A stretch of 64,000 nt of DNA from an uncultured Magnetococcales bacterium (GTDB taxonomy: Bacteria; Pseudomonadota; Magnetococcia; Magnetococcales; CAYFNE01): the NCBI GenBank assembly GCA_964344355.1, contig CAYFNE010000020.1:120-64119 (forward strand), given 5' to 3'. Below are positions 62,768 through 64,000 of this stretch, one piece after another. The stretch's first letter is position 1, and each line of letters opens with the position of its first letter. The notes under the pieces were generated by a model that searched no databases, had not been told where the DNA came from, and saw nothing but the letters and a program-made list of their open reading frames with translations. Both the position numbers and the translations under genes were made by a program.

Positions 62768-64000
62768 ATGGAAAAATATTTCGGTTTTTCAAAATACGGC
62801 ACCGATTTGCGAACCGAATCGATGGCCGGCGTCACCACCTTTTTGGCCACCATGTATATCGTCGTCGTCAATCCGGCCATCATCAGCCAGGCCGGACCGC
62901 CCTTCGACGGGGTGTTGACGGCCACGGTGCTGGTGAGCGCCATCAGCAGCATCGCCATGGGGGTGTTCGCCAACAATCCCATCGTTGTCGCCCCGGGCAT
63001 GGGTCTGAACGCCTTTTTCACCTTTTCGGTGGTTATCGGCATGAACATTCCCTGGCCCACCGCCCTGGGGGCGGTGTTCTGGTCGGGGGTGGTGTTCATC
63101 CTGCTGTCGGTCTTCAACCTGCGCGCCCAGATATTGAAGGCCATTCCCCGGCAATTGCGCTATGCCATCGCCGCCGGCATCGGCCTGTTCATCACCCTGA
63201 TCGGCTTGAGCAACGCCGGTTTCGTGGTCGCCAACAAGGCCACCATCATCGGCCGTGGCGCCCTGGACCCGGCCACACTGACCTTTTTGGCCGGTTTTTT
63301 CCTCACCGCCGCCCTGGTGGTGCGCCGGTTCAAGGGGGCCCTGATCACCGGCATCGTCTTCACCACCCTGGCCGCCATCCCCCTGGGCCGCTGGTGGGGC
63401 GGCGAAACGATGGTGCATTGGAACGGTCTGCAGGCGGCGCCCAACTTTGAACTGCTGGGGCGGCTGGATTTGACCGGTTCCCTGCACTTGGCCATCTGGC
63501 CGGTGATTTTCGGATTTTTGTTCACCGACATGTTCGACAGCCTCTCCACCTTCGTCGGCGTTGCCGAGGCCGGAAACATCAAGGATACGAATGGCAATCC
63601 ACGCAACATTCGCGCCTCGTTGACCATCGACGGCCTGGCCACCGCCCTGTCCGGCCTGGCCGGCACCAGCCCCGGCACCAGTTACATCGAATCCGCCGCC
63701 GGCATCGAGGAAGGGGGACGCAGCGGTTTCACCGCCGTCGTCGCCGGTCTTTGTTTCCTGCCGTTGATGTTTTTTTCGCCCCTGCTCTCCATGGTGCCGA
63801 GCATCGCCACCGCCCCGGTCCTGATCATCGTCGGTGTCTTCATGATCAAACCGGTCACCACCATCCATTGGCACGATCTGGACGATGCCATTCCGGCCTT
63901 TCTGGCCATGTTTCTCACCCCGGTCACCTACTCCATCACCCAGGGAATCGTCTGGGGCTTTTTGAGTTGGACCTTTTTGAAAGTGATCGCCGGCAAATCG
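62768..64000 (+). CDS. NCS2/AzgA-family purine (adenine/guanine/hypoxanthine) permease, 3' end cut by window edge
   Basis: Absent from the ORF track because no stop codon is reached. Hand translation from ATG 62768 (RBS AAGGAA) gives 'MEKYFGFSKYGTDLRTESMAGVTTFLATMYIVVVNPAII...APGMGLNAFF...GTSPGTSYIESAAGIEEGGRSG...', uninterrupted to nt 64000. Confidence 0.85.
   Translation, partial: MEKYFGFSKYGTDLRTESMAGVTTFLATMYIVVVNPAIISQAGPPFDGVLTATVLVSAISSIAMGVFANNPIVVAPGMGLNAFFTFSVVIGMNIPWPTALGAVFWSGVVFILLSVFNLRAQILKAIPRQLRYAIAAGIGLFITLIGLSNAGFVVANKATIIGRGALDPATLTFLAGFFLTAALVVRRFKGALITGIVFTTLAAIPLGRWWGGETMVHWNGLQAAPNFELLGRLDLTGSLHLAIWPVIFGFLFTDMFDSLSTFVGVAEAGNIKDTNGNPRNIRASLTIDGLATALSGLAGTSPGTSYIESAAGIEEGGRSGFTAVVAGLCFLPLMFFSPLLSMVPSIATAPVLIIVGVFMIKPVTTIHWHDLDDAIPAFLAMFLTPVTYSITQGIVWGFLSWTFLKVIAGKS

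Overview
GC-rich, gene-dense bacterial chromosomal segment with AT-rich intergenic gaps. It probably comes from a motile, micro-oxic or anaerobically respiring proteobacterium; the taxon cannot be assigned from sequence alone. No rRNA, tRNA, CRISPR array, transposase or integrase was seen.

Four blocks:
(1) nt 1-17.7 kb: a chemotaxis locus with cheR, cheB, cheD, cheA, cheY, cheV and cheW. It also holds a NIT-domain chemoreceptor (MCP), a tandem-dCache MCP, a soluble MCP-like protein and a 571-aa coiled-coil protein. The last two both carry a CheZ-like D-x3-Q helix and a shared IELF tail.
(2) nt 18.5-35.6 kb: one long minus-strand gene train. Four two-component genes are followed by a Usp-Usp protein with five PCP_red repeats, a radical-SAM/SPASM-PCP_red protein and HemY. 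The train begins with a respiratory module: a CydA-like (cytochrome bd superfamily) subunit without CydB, five c-type cytochrome genes (one fused to an EB_dh/DOMON-like domain) and three unannotated mini transmembrane ORFs.
(3) nt 36.4-55.9 kb: a plus-strand train of about 19.5 kb led by a divergent NosZ-like copper enzyme with substitutions in both a CuZ and a CuA ligand column. It is followed by split and fused cytochrome b6/c modules, two Vgb-like beta-propellers, an ABC-2/GldG/DUF4340 exporter, Sco, TlpA-like thioredoxins and CcdA. No NosD, NosL, NosR or Rieske protein is present. Blocks 2 and 3 diverge from an 865-nt gap carrying FNR/CRP-type palindromes.
(4) nt 56-64 kb: loosely packed genes, namely a GH24 lysozyme, an orphan formate dehydrogenase alpha subunit, an H-NS-like protein, UDP-glucuronate decarboxylase and a 3'-truncated NCS2 purine permease.

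The best candidates for an undescribed system are the NosZ-like operon and the CydA-like/cytochrome c module with its Usp-PCP_red/radical-SAM/HemY neighbours.
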